Shown here piece by piece: positions 39,637 through 54,972 of a DNA stretch of 64,000 bases. The stretch comes from Eledone cirrhosa (Eukaryota): NCBI GenBank assembly GCA_964016885.1, contig OZ024741.1:45570001-45634000 (forward strand), given 5' to 3'. A model generated the notes under the pieces. It was not told the DNA's origin, ran no database searches, and saw nothing but the letters and a program-made list of their open reading frames with translations. Both the position numbers and the translations under genes were made by a program. How positions within the stretch are numbered: position 1 is the stretch's first letter; every line of letters starts with the position of its first letter.

Positions 39637-40052
39637 TTTGGTGGATTGGCGGTATCGGTAGTGGGTCGGACATCATGACTTGACACAGAGTTACAGCCGT
39701 TGCCATTTTGAGTACAAATAATACCGAGGTTAACTTTGCCTTTCATCCTTACGCGGTCGATAAAATAAAGTACCAGTAATACACTGGGTACTTGCTGGCC
39801 TTGTGCCAAAAGTAGAAACAATTCTTATTATTTTGGCGGTGGATTGTCAGTATCGGTAGAGCGTCGGACACCATGCTTTGTGGCATAGAGTTACGGCAAT
39901 TTATGTTCTGAAATCAAATCCTGCCGAGGGTAGCTTTGCATTTCATCCTTACGGGATCGATGAAATAAAGCAACAGTAATGCATTGGGGTCGATTTAATC
40001 GACTTTGCCCTCCCCTCAAATTGTCGGCTTTGTGGCTAAATCAGAAACTGTT
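39637..40052 (+). mobile_element. Two tandem SINE family 1 copies
   Basis: Copies at ~39637-39823 and ~39835-40052. Confidence 0.8.
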
Positions 40053-40939
40053 ATTAATATCGTTGGTAATGCTGCTGATATTGTTGTAGTTGTTACTGTT
40101 GCTGCGGGTGCTGGTGGTGTTGGTGTTGCTGTTGCCTTTGATGTGGTTATTAATAATATTGTTGGTAATGCTGCTGACTGTTGTAGTTGTTACTGTTGTT
40201 GCGACCTCTGTTGTATTGGTGTTGTGGTTATTATTAGTATTGTTGATGTTGGTGCTGATACAGTTGCAGTTGTTGTTACTGTTGCTGCCGATGCAGTTGT
40301 TGTTTTTATTTCTTTATACGTCGGAAATGACCAGGCATAACTAGTCGTGTGAGATGACGAGCATGACCATGTATTTTTCTTCCATTTGAATTGGTATGAT
40401 GTTTATTTGCCAGGAGATGCATTATATCCAACTTGACTGACATTGAACTCATGAATCTAGAACTGGAGATGTAGGCATGAATAGCTTCACTTTATGTATA
40501 ATTAAATCATTTAAGTGAAAGCTACAACACTAAGAGCAGACAGCGAGTCCTCAGTAAAACATATGCATCATAATGCCTGAATGGTATGGTGACATTTATA
40601 CCAAGATAAATCGTGTTGTAAACTGGACTATAAAACCTGGAAATTCGCTAGCATCATGAAGGCTGATTCGCATCATTGAAGGTAGAGTTACTGTCAAGTG
40701 GAGGTGAATTCATTGAGATCTATTTGACAGCTATGAATGAAATGTCTCTCTGTGCAAGTTGTATGATATACATATATACGTTTATATTATATATATATAT
40801 GTGTGTATGTGTTTTTTTAAATATATACATATTAGAAAAGGGAAGTAAGGATTCTATACAAAACAGTGCATATAGAGAAACGGTGAAGTTGGACGGAAAA
40901 TATATTTAAGGGTCTGTTTTTCTTTTTTGATTCGTCAAA

Positions 40940-41093
40940 GTGACATGCTTTCCAGCATAGTTACGTCCCTTTACGATCTGAGTTCAAATCCCGCCGAGGT
41001 TGACTTTGCCTTTCATCCTTGCGGGGTCGATAAAATAAAGTACCAGTAATGTACTGGGTAATTGCTGGCCTTGTGCCAAAGGTAGAAACAATT
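40940..41093 (+). mobile_element. SINE family 1, 5'-truncated
   Basis: GAGTTCAAATCC B-box and 3' domain. Confidence 0.8.
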
Positions 41094-41183
41094 ATTGAAA
41101 AGGTAACATTAAAAAAATGAGAGGGACAATTCTATATATACACACACTCCCTGAGACCACATTCCAATATATATATATATATA

Positions 41184-41269
<86 letters not shown>

Positions 41270-41409
41270 TGTGTGTGTGTGTGTGTGTGTGCGTGTGTGG
41301 GTGTGTGCGCGTGTGTCTGTGTGTAAAAAGTAAACAGAATTAACTAAACAAACGGTACAGTATACGGAAGGTATATATTAGTTTGACGCTTGAAATAACA
41401 GGAAGATGG

Positions 41410-41458
41410 TCTTATCGGTTCGGAGGGTAATCGTTCATCATAGTCCTTCATCAGAAGA
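41410..41458 (-). ncRNA. Degenerate hammerhead
   Basis: TCTT-CTGATGA-A-GGA...TCC-GAAC-CGAT-AAGA. Confidence 0.45.
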
Positions 41459-41585
41459 AAGAATGAGAAATTAGAAAGTTTGAGGAGACGGGTATGGCGG
41501 AATCGGGGAAAAAATTAGAGAAAAATAACAGGTCCATTACATATATATATATACTTACATATATATATATATATATATACTTACA

Positions 41586-41647
<62 letters not shown>

Positions 41648-42528
41648 TGCGTGTGTGGGTGTATGTGTGTGTCTGTATAAAGCCTTTGCATGTTATATCA
41701 ACACTAAAATCTGGAAACAATATCAATACACCTACCATCTTTGAATTCATAATATTATAGTGGCAATGTATTCAAATTTAATAAATAGTGTAAGCAATGG
41801 AATCTGTCCCATCTGTCCCTTGCATTTGTCACTTCCCCGCCTGTCATATGTGAATTAATAAAAATAAATGTCTATTTGAATTATTTTTGCCAAATATCCA
41901 AGTTTCAAAGTAATGAATTACTAATATTCTTAATTAATTTGGCGTCTGGAGGGTTAAATTCTAAATTCATATTTGTGAAATTTAATTGAAAACGACATCC
42001 AAGAAACACATGAAACTTATATCTCAACATTTTTGATAATAAATATTTTGAAAGTGATATCTAGTCTTTCATAAAACGATAGATTAAATTACTGGTAAAT
42101 TTCTTTTTGGCATCAACTGATTAAATTCTTCACGAATAACTTCAGGTTGTTGAAATGATATTTTGTTTTACATTATGTGTTATATTATTTATTTATTTGA
42201 AGTAATTATATTTTTCTGATGTCATTCAGCAGTAATTAGCTGGAATTACTTGCAATATATTATCTACTTTTAATTGATTAGTTCAAGAAAACCGCATAAA
42301 CATCTCTTCATTCAACTAATACGAGCAATCGATTTGTGAAAATAAAACAAAAGTGATCAAATTAAATCTATTTCTTAAAATATCTTCCTACAAGGAATGA
42401 TTTCAATGAGTTTGCTGGAATCTCTATATTCTTTCCTTTGGGGTGAAATGTTTGGATACATTTATTTGCCTGCTTTACTAATAATAAAAGTCGCACCCTT
42501 CATTAATCATTATTTAATTACCCAAAAG

Positions 42529-42716
42529 GGCGGTGGATTGGCAGTATCGGTAGAGGGTCGGACGCCATGCTTTCCAGCATAGTTACGTCCCTTTACGATC
42601 TGAGTTCAAATCCCGCCGAGGTTGACTTTGCTTTCATCCTTACGGGGTCGATAAAATAAAGTACCAGTAATGCACTGGGTAATTGCTGGCCTTGTGCCTA
42701 AAGTAGAAACAATTAT
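42529..42716 (+). mobile_element. SINE family 1, full length
   Basis: A-box TGGCAGTATCGG, B-box GAGTTCAAATCC. Confidence 0.85.
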
Positions 42717-44984
42717 TTAATTACTCAATAAGTCGTTGACGATGTCTGATCAAAAGGGAACTATTTCCAAGTGTTGCCTTAGCTTTCTTAGTCGAAGAAA
42801 TAAAATGCAAAGTATCTGTTTTATAAAATGCTTCTACATAAATATTGCAAATCCCCTAACATCACAAAATTGTTGTAGCTAGCAGAGAACATATCCACTC
42901 CTAAGATTCACTTGCTTATACAATAGAGACACCCTAGTAACAACGGTGTTTACATCTAAAAGCAAAGGAGTGGTTTATAGTAATATTCATAAATTATATC
43001 GGTTATATTTACCTGCTTATGAGTAAATAGTGTATATTATTTCTTTAACAGTCTGCGGACACCAGTTGAATATAGTTGAACATAGTTGAATGTAGTTTAA
43101 TATAGTTGAATATAGTTGTCCTTTTATAAGTTACGTAAATTGGATAATTGATGCTCCGACGAGAGCCAGTCGCTTGCATCATTATCCATGACCACTGCAA
43201 GGTATTCTAAAATGCTTTGACGAGTCTGTCCATTAACTAACTTTTTAAAAAGAATTCCAATAAATTGTAGTGGAATACAAAATAAATACACTCTTTGGTT
43301 CAGTAGCATAGGATATTATATTTAGATAGTCTAACTTTAAAATATCACACTAAAATTAATATGTTCTTAATATTATCGTTGGCAGAATATATTTTATAAT
43401 CACATTTTTAAAATGTGTTTTATTTTATGTCATATATTTTTTCATCTTTTTCTCACATTTTCTTTATCTCTTCATCCTATTTCTAATTAAAACCTGGATA
43501 AAACCTATTAGTTTAGACACATGCTAAATAAACTAATAACTCACAAACTGGTTATTAATTTCGTTAATTTTAAATGGCAAACTATGCGAGAATTTGTGAT
43601 ATTCTCATCAATCAACTGCTGGGCTGTTAATAGTTCGATCAACTCTGATACGTATTAATAATTGATCATTTATAATAAATATGGTAACATATTATAGGTG
43701 TTTTAATACTACCAGCAGTACTCAAAATAAGTAACAAGCTGAGATTATATCTAAAATGTGTTACATTTTAGCATTGAGATACAGATTGATAGTTTTAAGT
43801 ACTTGTCTCTAATGGAGTTTATCCTTGTAAAGTGTCTATGATTACCAGGATTTTTGACGGTGTTATCTTCGGTTTTGTTCGTCACGTTGTATGTGAAACA
43901 TAGGACGACAAAGTAGCTCACCCCAGCATTATCACAAGTTCTGTCACCAGCCTACACCCAGAACAAGACTATGTCGGTTAGGTCCACCTCCGCCACACAC
44001 ATCAAGCAGGTATTGCCAGTCAAGGGAACAGTAGTAAGGTATGAGTGTCATATCATTTAATATACAAGAGACCAGCCTGAGTGTAACTCTTAGCAAGGTG
44101 GAAAACATTCGTTTAAATACAAATTAAAAGACTGGATTAGAAGATTGTGTTTTTGCGAGTCCATGATTCTTTGGTACTGTATTATATATATTAACCTAAG
44201 TCGGACTTGTTCAGTGGAATATTTATAAGTGAATGGCGGCAAATTGTGTCACATATTAATACATGTTTGCTGTTGTTGCTGCTGTGGTTGTTGTTCCTGC
44301 TGCTGCTACTGTTTCTGCACTTCTTGTCCAAGCTGTTGTTATTATCGCTGCTGTTTTCGTCAAATTCCAAGGTAGATATAAACCTGAGTATTCCTCTTTT
44401 ATTCATTCAGTTACCATGTAACATGCATACCTATTTTATCCAATATATTCTTCCAATTTCTTTAAGATAAACAGCGTCATTTGAAAGGCATTTAACTGCT
44501 ATTTCAAGCCTGTGGAACAAACACATAAAAGATTGCAGGTTAGCTCGAACTGTAGTTTTTATTTAAGTTAGGAAAGGAAATGAGAAATCATAAGACTCAT
44601 ATTTTTAAAGTGCATTAGCAATGTAAATGAATTGAAAGTCTTTGACATGTTGTGACATACTTGGCATGTTATCATTTTGCAATTAATGTGAAAAAAAATT
44701 AAAAATATTTGTATGACAGTAACAATTACCATTCATAAAATATGACCGATTTATTCAGTTACGAGCCCCCATGTTTATAAAGGATGAAAGATGTGATTAA
44801 GTCCCGAACATATTCTTTAAGTGTCTCAGGGGTGTTTGTGAAAATGAATGGCTGTAACTGTGATAAGCAGAATAATGGTGGGGCCATATTTTATTATTCC
44901 TTTTTTTTTTTATTTCGGTAAGGTTCATATACCTAAATATTTCATCTGTTAAATACCAGTTCTCACATACATACATACATGGTG

Positions 44985-45320
44985 GCTGCCAACTCGTTTT
45001 CGAGTACGGCCACTACATTATATCCATGTAGGAGAACCCCTACCGATGCGCTGAACAAGTGTGACTTTTTAGTCCAGCCAGCGACTTGAAAACTCTGGTA
45101 CAAACACTACAACTGTGACAATTATTGACACATAGTGCTGGGCCCATAATAGCATGTGAGGACAAGTGCAGAGATCTCCAGATATAAAGCAATGCCTGTG
45201 CCGTGAATCTTTTATAGTGAGCAAAGGTACTGCACAAAGCCAGTCCCACTCTCTTAACCAAGATGATATTTACCAAAAAGAAGAACATGTCAACATCATT
45301 GGATACCATCAGGGTTGCAC
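44985..45320 (-). mobile_element. RTE-like LINE 3' fragment
   Basis: C-terminal zinc-finger-like CSVCTRVFKSLAGLKSH followed by a short UTR and (TATG)n. Confidence 0.55.
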
Positions 45321-45389
45321 GTGTTATATTAGAGTTTTCCTTCTCCTAGAATTCTGCCTTGACAAAGGCAAAGGGGTAATCTCTCCCGG

Positions 45390-46765
<1,376 letters not shown>

Positions 46766-47496
46766 TCCCTTTTAAATTAAGCTTTCAAAGAAACAATGAA
46801 ATCAGGTGATGAGTTGTATTCTGTTTTAGATAAGGATATGTATTTGTCTATGGAAATGAAGAAACCAATATATTTTTTTTATTGTGATTGCTCTAAGTGT
46901 CCATATGTGTTGATTTAATTTCCTTAGTAAGTGCGCTGTGAATAGTTAGAAGTAAAGATATTTTGTATGAAGACATCTATAGATATGAGTTAGAGTGTTC
47001 AAGCTGATCTGAAGAATTACAGAATAAGAAATTTTTGTTTTCATTTAATAGAATTATATTTATCGTCTTGTGATTTTTTTTATTGGTGGATTATGTAATC
47101 GTAGAAGGATGAGCTTGATTTAGCTTATTGGCGTTGGTGGGGTTTTAGAAAGGTAGACTATATATTCGTTTCGAAACATTGCCTCTTCTAAGAACTACTG
47201 CTCAGAGTTAGTAGTTTAAAGGAGAACAGTAGTCGTTCAGATATGAATAGCGAGAATTATTTAGACATTTCGTTTGAATGGTTGAATAAGACTGTAGTGA
47301 AGATTGTATATAATAAGAGTAGAAATTTTAATTTTGAAATGACTTGGATGCTTTTTACATCCAGTTGTAACCTAAATATGTTAGGCTATATAAGTTTTCG
47401 AGCCAAATAAGACACGGAGTTATTAGCCGTCGGACTTTATGGATATGCAGAGTGCTAAACGGTTCTTAGAACATATGCTATAGAGGGTTATGATTT

Positions 47497-47830
47497 AGAG
47501 ATGGCACGAGACTTACTGGTTAAGATGTTCAGTTTCGATCGTAAGGTCATGTGATTCCTAAACCGGGTGATGTCTGGTGTCGTTTAGCAAAACAATTTAT
47601 TTCACGTTGTTCTAGTCCAAATGCCTGGCATAAATGAGTTGTACCCGTAATTCAATGGGCCAGCTTTGTCACATACTTTATCACGCTGAATCTCCCTGAG
47701 TACTAGGTTAAGGATATGATATACGAGTCTTTGTAATACTCATCCGTTTGCACCCTAATTTGCCGAGCAGGCAGTTTCGTTGAATGAATCATCTGGAGCA
47801 CTCACCGCCGGAAACGACGGAGGTCCAACA
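47497..47830 (+). mobile_element. Old tRNA-derived SINE
   Basis: Degenerate A/B boxes; GCAAAACA.TT.ATTTCACGTTG core shared with family 2; similar copy at ~55450-55720. Confidence 0.55.
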
Positions 47831-49279
47831 CATGATAAGATATTGTTAACTAAACATTTCAATCGTTACTTTGGGATGCAAAAGCAAAAGGAGACTCTGG
47901 TGGTTCTGGGCCATTTCTCGATAGTAGCTAAATGGTGGTGGTGGTGGGGAGAATCGAAAGACTGTTGCAGCGATATGATAGCAGTGGAAAGGATGGAGAA
48001 ATGTGAGTGTTTATTAGTATTTAGTTAATTTAGCTTATAACGAGTGTTTAAATCGTTTAAACTTTTGATGATTCTCCAGCAAAACATCGTTTATGTATTT
48101 TGGTATGAATATCCGTTACTTATTTATTTACAACATATTCACGCGTTTCTGTTGTGTATGTAATGCAAATAGGGACGTATTTGGTTCGCCTGTTTACTTC
48201 ATGAAAGAGTTCATGGGAAAGTTAGTGATTAGAGGAAACGATTAATAAAGCAGGTCTTCGGTTACATCCGATAAACCGGAATGTGTGAGTCTTTGCCTCA
48301 TGATAGTTGGAGAGGATGAACATGTGACACATTAGTGCCTGTTAGCCAGGTGACACGTTGAGGGAGAACGATGAGATGTTCAGGTATTTTGCTATCTTGT
48401 AATTTATTTTAATCGTCACTTGATTGCTTTCAAACTCCTGATTTTAGTATTTATTTATTCGTTTTGTCTCTTTAACTGTCTGTTCGGTTAGATATGGTAT
48501 TGTATCATACTTTTTTCGTTGTTTATTTTATTTCTGTATCGTTTAGTTTGTTTCTTTGATTTTACGTTATTTGGTTTTATGCATAAGATTTTAATATTTA
48601 TCAATTTCTCGTGTGTACGTAATTGTTTCGTTCGTTAGCTAACTTATTGTAATTTACGTTTATTTGAGCAGTTTGGTTTAATTTGGGATTTTTATTTATG
48701 TTTATGTATCAATGTAGCGTACAATCTGTGTTCGAACCCGGGTTTTCGTATTAAGTTAATGATAAAGTTAAGGGTATGTTTAAGATTTTAGTTGGGTTGT
48801 GATTTTATTTCAGTTTTTTCAGGTTTATTTGATAGTTAAGTAAGTTGAAGATTTCGGGAAATGATTTTAATTAAAAGATAATTATGAGGTTTTGATTTCA
48901 GTCGTTCATGAATTTACTCGGTGAGTAGCCAATTTCTGTGAGATTATTTGTAGGTAGATTAGTGGAATTTATTTATTTAAAGGATATCAAGTCAATATAA
49001 TGTCATTTGTTTTCGGTTTATTTATTTGTTAGTTTTATCTAACTGGAATCTGTTAACTGGCGGCTGATATGATTCAGTGTATGTGCACAACACATGGTAA
49101 AGTAGAGTTATATCCATAGTAGATATATAGAAATCATGAAATAAGACGGTAGCAGCTTGATTGCCCCTGTCGCTTCCGATTAAAGTAATTAGTGTATATT
49201 TGCTTATTTTTATACATGGCAGTGTGTATTGGATATGTTACTTGAGTACGTGATTATTATATCTTTACTTTATGTTTAA

Positions 49280-49939
49280 CTAGCAGTAAAGCCCGGCGTT
49301 GCTCGGGGTCGCTCAGTAGCTGTGTTAAAGTTACAATGTTAAGTTTCTTTTTTGGCTTAAAGTCTGTCTGCACGACTGTCTGTCTGCACGCCTAACGAAA
49401 TTTACAGATACATATATTTTAAATAAACTTATATAATTTTTGCTTTTTTTTACGAAATATTTGCTTGTTTTACGTAGTCTTTAAATAGACTTGTTTTCAA
49501 GTAAAAATATTGTTTTAAAAGGCTTTTAAATGAAAATGAAGCAAAACGGAAGATTAGTGTTCGAACTGATGAATTTTGCAGGTCAAAATTTTGCTGGCTC
49601 GACAACTGTTCGTGTATTGTGTTAATGTCATTTTAAACGCTGAGAAAGCCAGCGTAATTTTTTTAATTTTTGCACGCAGAAAATGTAAACAGAACGTAAG
49701 ACGCTCAATGTAAACAGAACAAAGGGAAATAACTCGTCACTTACGCTAAAAAATCGATACATTAGATTCGATTTCGTCACATAGGGTGGGTCAATTTGAA
49801 ATATTTTTTTTCCGATGTCTTCGCTAGGGCTCAATGTACAAGTATAGCAATTTCGGTGCAATTCCGTCAGAGATTCTAAGAGGAGATGTGTGCCAAAAAT
49901 CGATAGACAGACAGACAACCACAGCTTTATATATATAGA
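49280..49939 (-). mobile_element. Non-autonomous Helitron
   Basis: Minus strand A|TCTATATATATAAAGC start; CCCCGAGCAACGCCGGG hairpin plus CTAG|T end. Confidence 0.8.
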
Positions 49940-50336
49940 TGAGACATTTATATGGAAAGACGGATTTAGATAAATGAACGTTACCTGATTACGTCGTAGG
50001 CAGCGTTCGGTGGTTGTCATATTGTTCGTGTTTCTCATTGGGCATATAAAACATGTTCCAATTCAATCGAATTCAGGGCCATTTCACTCCTGTTGGAGTA
50101 ACTGCTCCCTGGTTGACTTCCATCGCCTCCACCACGCTTGGCTAATTGCGGATTGATGAGGCTATTTAACCCATAGTTTGAGTGAATGGCCATTGATTAT
50201 GAGTAGTTCACACACGCTTTTAACAGGTCTCTTTCTGGGGGCTGCTGCGGTTCCACTTACATATCTCACCAGACCAGGATCGGGTGGAGGAGCCGATTTC
50301 GTCACCAACCACTCGCCCATGAAGCAGTTTGTAAGT

Positions 50337-50455
<119 letters not shown>

Positions 50456-50767
50456 TTATGTTCATACACGGAAGAAAAAGCGCAACCTAATTTATCAAGT
50501 TATAATTATGTTCCCCTGCACTTTGGTGCCGAAGGGAGGGGCGATCAAATTTGTGACCTATTCAACAGACACTTGGTCATACACATTTCTATAGAGGGTT
50601 GCAGATTGGTGAAGTCTGACAGCTTGCGTTCTAGTATTCGTTCTGTCGCTGTGCACTCTTATTTCAAGTCCTGAACAGGTCAACTTTACTTTTCATATTT
50701 TCGAGAAATATAGAAATAATTCAGTTCTCTGTCTCTCTATATATATGTCTATATCTAACAATTAAAC

Positions 50768-50803
<36 letters not shown>

Positions 50804-51706
50804 ACTTGAGAAACATTGTGTCCGGAGCTACAAGGGGACAGAATGTGCGGGACTTAACACCTTACGATTCTCCCCCACCAGCAATCAGCAGTTCATGGTT
50901 CAACGAAATATATGAATGTTCTCATGTTCTCATTGACAAATATATATATGTATGTTTATATAGATATATAGACATATTGGTTTGATTTAGTGAACCACTA
51001 AACACACATATATATACATGTGCATGTACGTGTGTATATTTCATTGCCTCCCGATCTTTGATGTGTCGCTTCTGCTTTGCTTAATTGGATTATATTTCAG
51101 ATTTCAGACAGCCTATTATGTTTGTCTCTGTTTGTTTGTAATTGTTGTGTATGACGCGAATGTTATTTCCGTCAGTTATTACTTAGACTGTATCATGTAT
51201 TAGATAGTTTCAATTCTCTATGTCTATATTTCATTCATATCCCCGATTTACTGTTATTTTTAGTACCCAGTTAATATGTCCTCCCTCTCCCATGACTATT
51301 TCATTTCTCACAATTAATTGTACAATGCTTATTTGTTATATTTATGTCTAGTCAGCAATGACATCGTTTTATCTGAATATCTATAATCACTGTTGATTGT
51401 GGTCATTAGTCTACTGCATATAGAGTAATATTAATAATAATAATAATATTAATAATAATAATATTAATAATAATAACAATAATAATACCATGATCATTGT
51501 GGTGTTGGTGGTGGTCATGATGATGATCATTGCTCCTTTTTATTATAAATGTTAACATTATACTATTTGATTGATGCAAGACTTCGTTTTATATCTTGTT
51601 TCAGCTTTCGCAACACGATTTGTAGATGTCGCATTTTTATTTTTATATGACTTTCAAGCTAATTTATTGAATATCACCATACGACTATGTGGCATTTTAT
51701 ATATAT

Positions 51707-51745
<39 letters not shown>

Positions 51746-52092
51746 CTAATTGAAGGGTAAGAGATTGTCTAGACAAACGTATCCACATATGCGTGTTTGT
51801 ACGATTATATAGATGCAATGAGAGGTCTGAGAGTAAAGTTGTTAGAAGATCAAGTCTTACCATCCATATACATACATACATATATATATATATACGTAGA
51901 TGCATTGCCAAAGAAATATCGGATAGCAAGTCAAAGAACTTACATAGTTGGTAAAATTCCAATTATTTAAAAATCGGATAACAAGTTTAAAAAATACTTA
52001 AATATAGTCAAATTCTGAAATTTCAATTTTTCTATAGAGCTGTTTCATGAATGCTAGAAAAATGGTAAATTGAAGGAATCATCGGCACAGAA

Positions 52093-52190
52093 TTGGCTTC
52101 CTGCAGTTGCGAGCCTCGTGAGCTGGAATTGTTCTTCCAACGCGTCTCCCTCACTATCCTTCATGGAAACGCCTTCTCTATTCTGTCCTC
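52093..52190 (+). mobile_element. C-terminal scrap of a CRE-like (restriction-like endonuclease) non-LTR element
   Basis: EPRELELFFQRVSLTILHGNAFSIL resembles the terminal QRxSxxxxxGNA motif. Confidence 0.55.
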
Positions 52191-52879
52191 CGGGGCCGTG
52201 GGTCGACCAGTGGGTGGGTCTCCATTTGCTCACTATAGTGAGAGGTTAGGAAAGCGGGAGAGACGGAGGCAGTAACAGTGGGAGTTTGCTACATTTGTGT
52301 TCGGACCTGGTGTATATGGGGAAGAATGAGTATTCCGTATTATCTTCCTTTTTTGACACATAGTGACGGAACCATAATACGACACACTCACTCATCAGTA
52401 GAAATTCATCTTACTAAACGTATTATAGACGACAAGTCACCGTAGATTCAAACGAGAATCTGAATGCAAATGGTGTGGAACGTAATAAAATGAGGATACA
52501 GGCAGACCAAGAGTAATACTAGATATAGCTGTGTGTTTGGTCAAAAATGAAACAGCTCTATTAATATTTGAGGTGAGGAGCTTAAGTACATATATTAAAA
52601 TATTGATTAATACGTAAAATTATTAATCATTTTCTTTGCAAACATTCTTCATCATAGTATTTTTCCCTTACCATTTTTTAAACTTCTTTAACGTACCATT
52701 ACATATTCACATTTCGATAATAGGCTGCAATCATATGAGTCTAAGTTTTTTATGATACACTCTGTCGGACACTCTCTCATAACATGCGCTGATTATGCTA
52801 GATGCGTTGGGTGAATTCCCCACAACTGTCCCCTGCAACCGGAAGTAGTATGGGAGAATTCCCAGTTTTTAAAGTTGGG

Positions 52880-53330
52880 CATCAGTACCACCTAGAGGAT
52901 AAACGCAAAAAGAGATTCATAATTGATAATTCACTGCCCATAATTTTACTGAACAAAACGTTTAAGATTTTGGTAAAGCTACTAGCAATGAGGTTGGTGC
53001 TTGTCGTCAAGTGTCTATTCGTGGAAACGCAGACGTTCGCTATACCGACCACCTCTAAACACAACAACTTATGTTTTATACAATACATCACAGTGAGAGT
53101 ATGGAGTATACCTGGTTACGGAGGGGGTCTGTTCAATTTTGATCAATTGAATGTTTTACTATATTTGGAGGTTTTACCGCTATTTGGAGGTTGCATCGCT
53201 TCACAGGTTGCTTCGCTTCAATGAAAAGTGGCATCTGCTCCGTGGTCACCTATCGGAATAGCTTTAGATCACACGCTCTGTCTGTCAAGGGTGCCCCCTC
53301 TACTCTCTTCACCATGTCCTGAAACTCCCA
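52880..53330 (+). mobile_element. Decayed Tx1/L1-like RT fragment
   Basis: PIILLNKTFKILVKLLAMRL and SVCQGCPL. Confidence 0.65.
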
Positions 53331-53875
53331 TCATGAAGGGCATACCGCTCTAAACGAGACGTGGAAGGGGTTTATCGGCATATGCCGACAACATCGTGGT
53401 CGACAACTTCTTTAAAAAAGTATGAAACCCAGGGCGGTCCTGATTTGAACATCGACATGAACAGAATAAGCATGTCTATGGAAAACCTTGAACAATCTGA
53501 GGCCTCGCCATCCATTGTTCCTCGCCGACTCAAACTGCAATATCATTTGAATGGACAATACAAAACCCATATATCATTCCTGAAGCATCTTAAACCGTCT
53601 CCTTTAATACCAAGGGTATGAAGAAAATGCAGTATAAATAATTTCGTATCAAATCTTTGTCCACCCAAGTATATTGATAGTCCTCTATCCTTTTCCATAA
53701 TAAAGATTGTCTCACTGAGTATATACATATATATTATATATATTTATACAAACATTCATACATATATCACTGTTATGAATGCAAACATAATTACATAATA
53801 CATATTCATACATATTCATACATATTCATACACACATACAAGCACACACAGCATATAGATATATATATATATATA

Positions 53876-54170
53876 AAGAAAAAAAGATGAAATCGAAAAT
53901 GCAAATGGAGTCTTATTTTTAAAATATATATATATATTTATTTGGTTCCTTTACCGGTTTCGCAATTCTTCTGCTTTTCAAAAGTAGAGTTGAGGTGGAG
54001 GGTCTGTGGTTTTTCTCACATCTCTGAGAAAAACCACAGACCCTCCATCACAACTCTACTTTTGAAAAGCAGAAGAACTGCGAAACCGGTAAAGGAACCA
54101 AATAAATATATATATATTTTTTTTAAATAAGACTCCAGTTGCATTTTCGATTTCATCTTTTTTTCGTTAT
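53876..54170. mobile_element. Family L inverted pair; U3-A8 HHRs at 53947-53986 (-) and 54057-54096 (+)
   Basis: CTT-TTGAAAA-GCAG(AAGAA)CTGC-GAAA-CCGG-TA-AAG; palindromic ACCGGT; end also present at 17652-17725. Confidence 0.78.
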
Positions 54171-54268
54171 ACTTTCACTCGTGTTGGACACCTCAGTTAT
54201 TTTTCATTTTGTAAAGAAACCTCCCTTTCTCATATATATATAGATATAATATATATATATATATATAG

Positions 54269-54440
<172 letters not shown>

Positions 54441-54505
54441 CAAATTATAAACGTAAACATGTAAGTATGTTTTTGAAACGGTGCGCGAGTTTGAAATTAG
54501 AAATT

Positions 54506-54701
54506 AGAAATTATAAGTTTTCACCGTATTTTAGACTAAAGAAATTTCTAGCCTGTATGTGGGGTTTACAACCCTCGGAGAAACGGAAAAAGATGAGTGT
54601 TGCCGTACACTCATCTTTTTCCATTTCTCCGAGGGTTATAAACCCCACATACAGGCTAGAAATTTCTTTAGTCTAAAATACGGTGAAAGCTTATAATTTC
54701 T
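54506..54701. repeat. Palindrome W containing HHR stem II and 3' half
   Basis: GCCGTA (54602) pairs with TACGGT before GAAA-GC-TT; CTGANGA missing at the inversion point. Confidence 0.6.
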
Positions 54702-54783
54702 TAGATATATATATATATATATGCACACATACACACACGTACGTGTATATTTTTATATATAGCAATTTTCGTATAATTTTATG

Positions 54784-54972
54784 CGGTGGATTGGCAGTAT
54801 CAGTAGAGGGTCGGACGCCATTATTTGCAGCATAGAATTACAGCCCTTTATAGTCTGAGTTCAAATCCCGCCGAGGTTAACTTTGCCTTTCATCCTTACG
54901 GGGTCGATAAAATAAAGTACCAGTAATGCACTGGGATAATTGCTGGCCTTGTGCCAACAGTAAAAACAATTA
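54784..54972 (+). mobile_element. SINE family 1
   Basis: Full A-box, B-box and 3' domain. Confidence 0.85.

Noticed and set aside
40005-40344. Val/Ala- or Leu-rich ORFs (also 44207-44470)
   Set aside because: Degenerate (GTT/GCT)n trinucleotide tracts
42529-42620. tRNA-like A/B boxes
   Set aside because: SINE heads, multi-copy, with no complete cloverleaf; not tRNA genes
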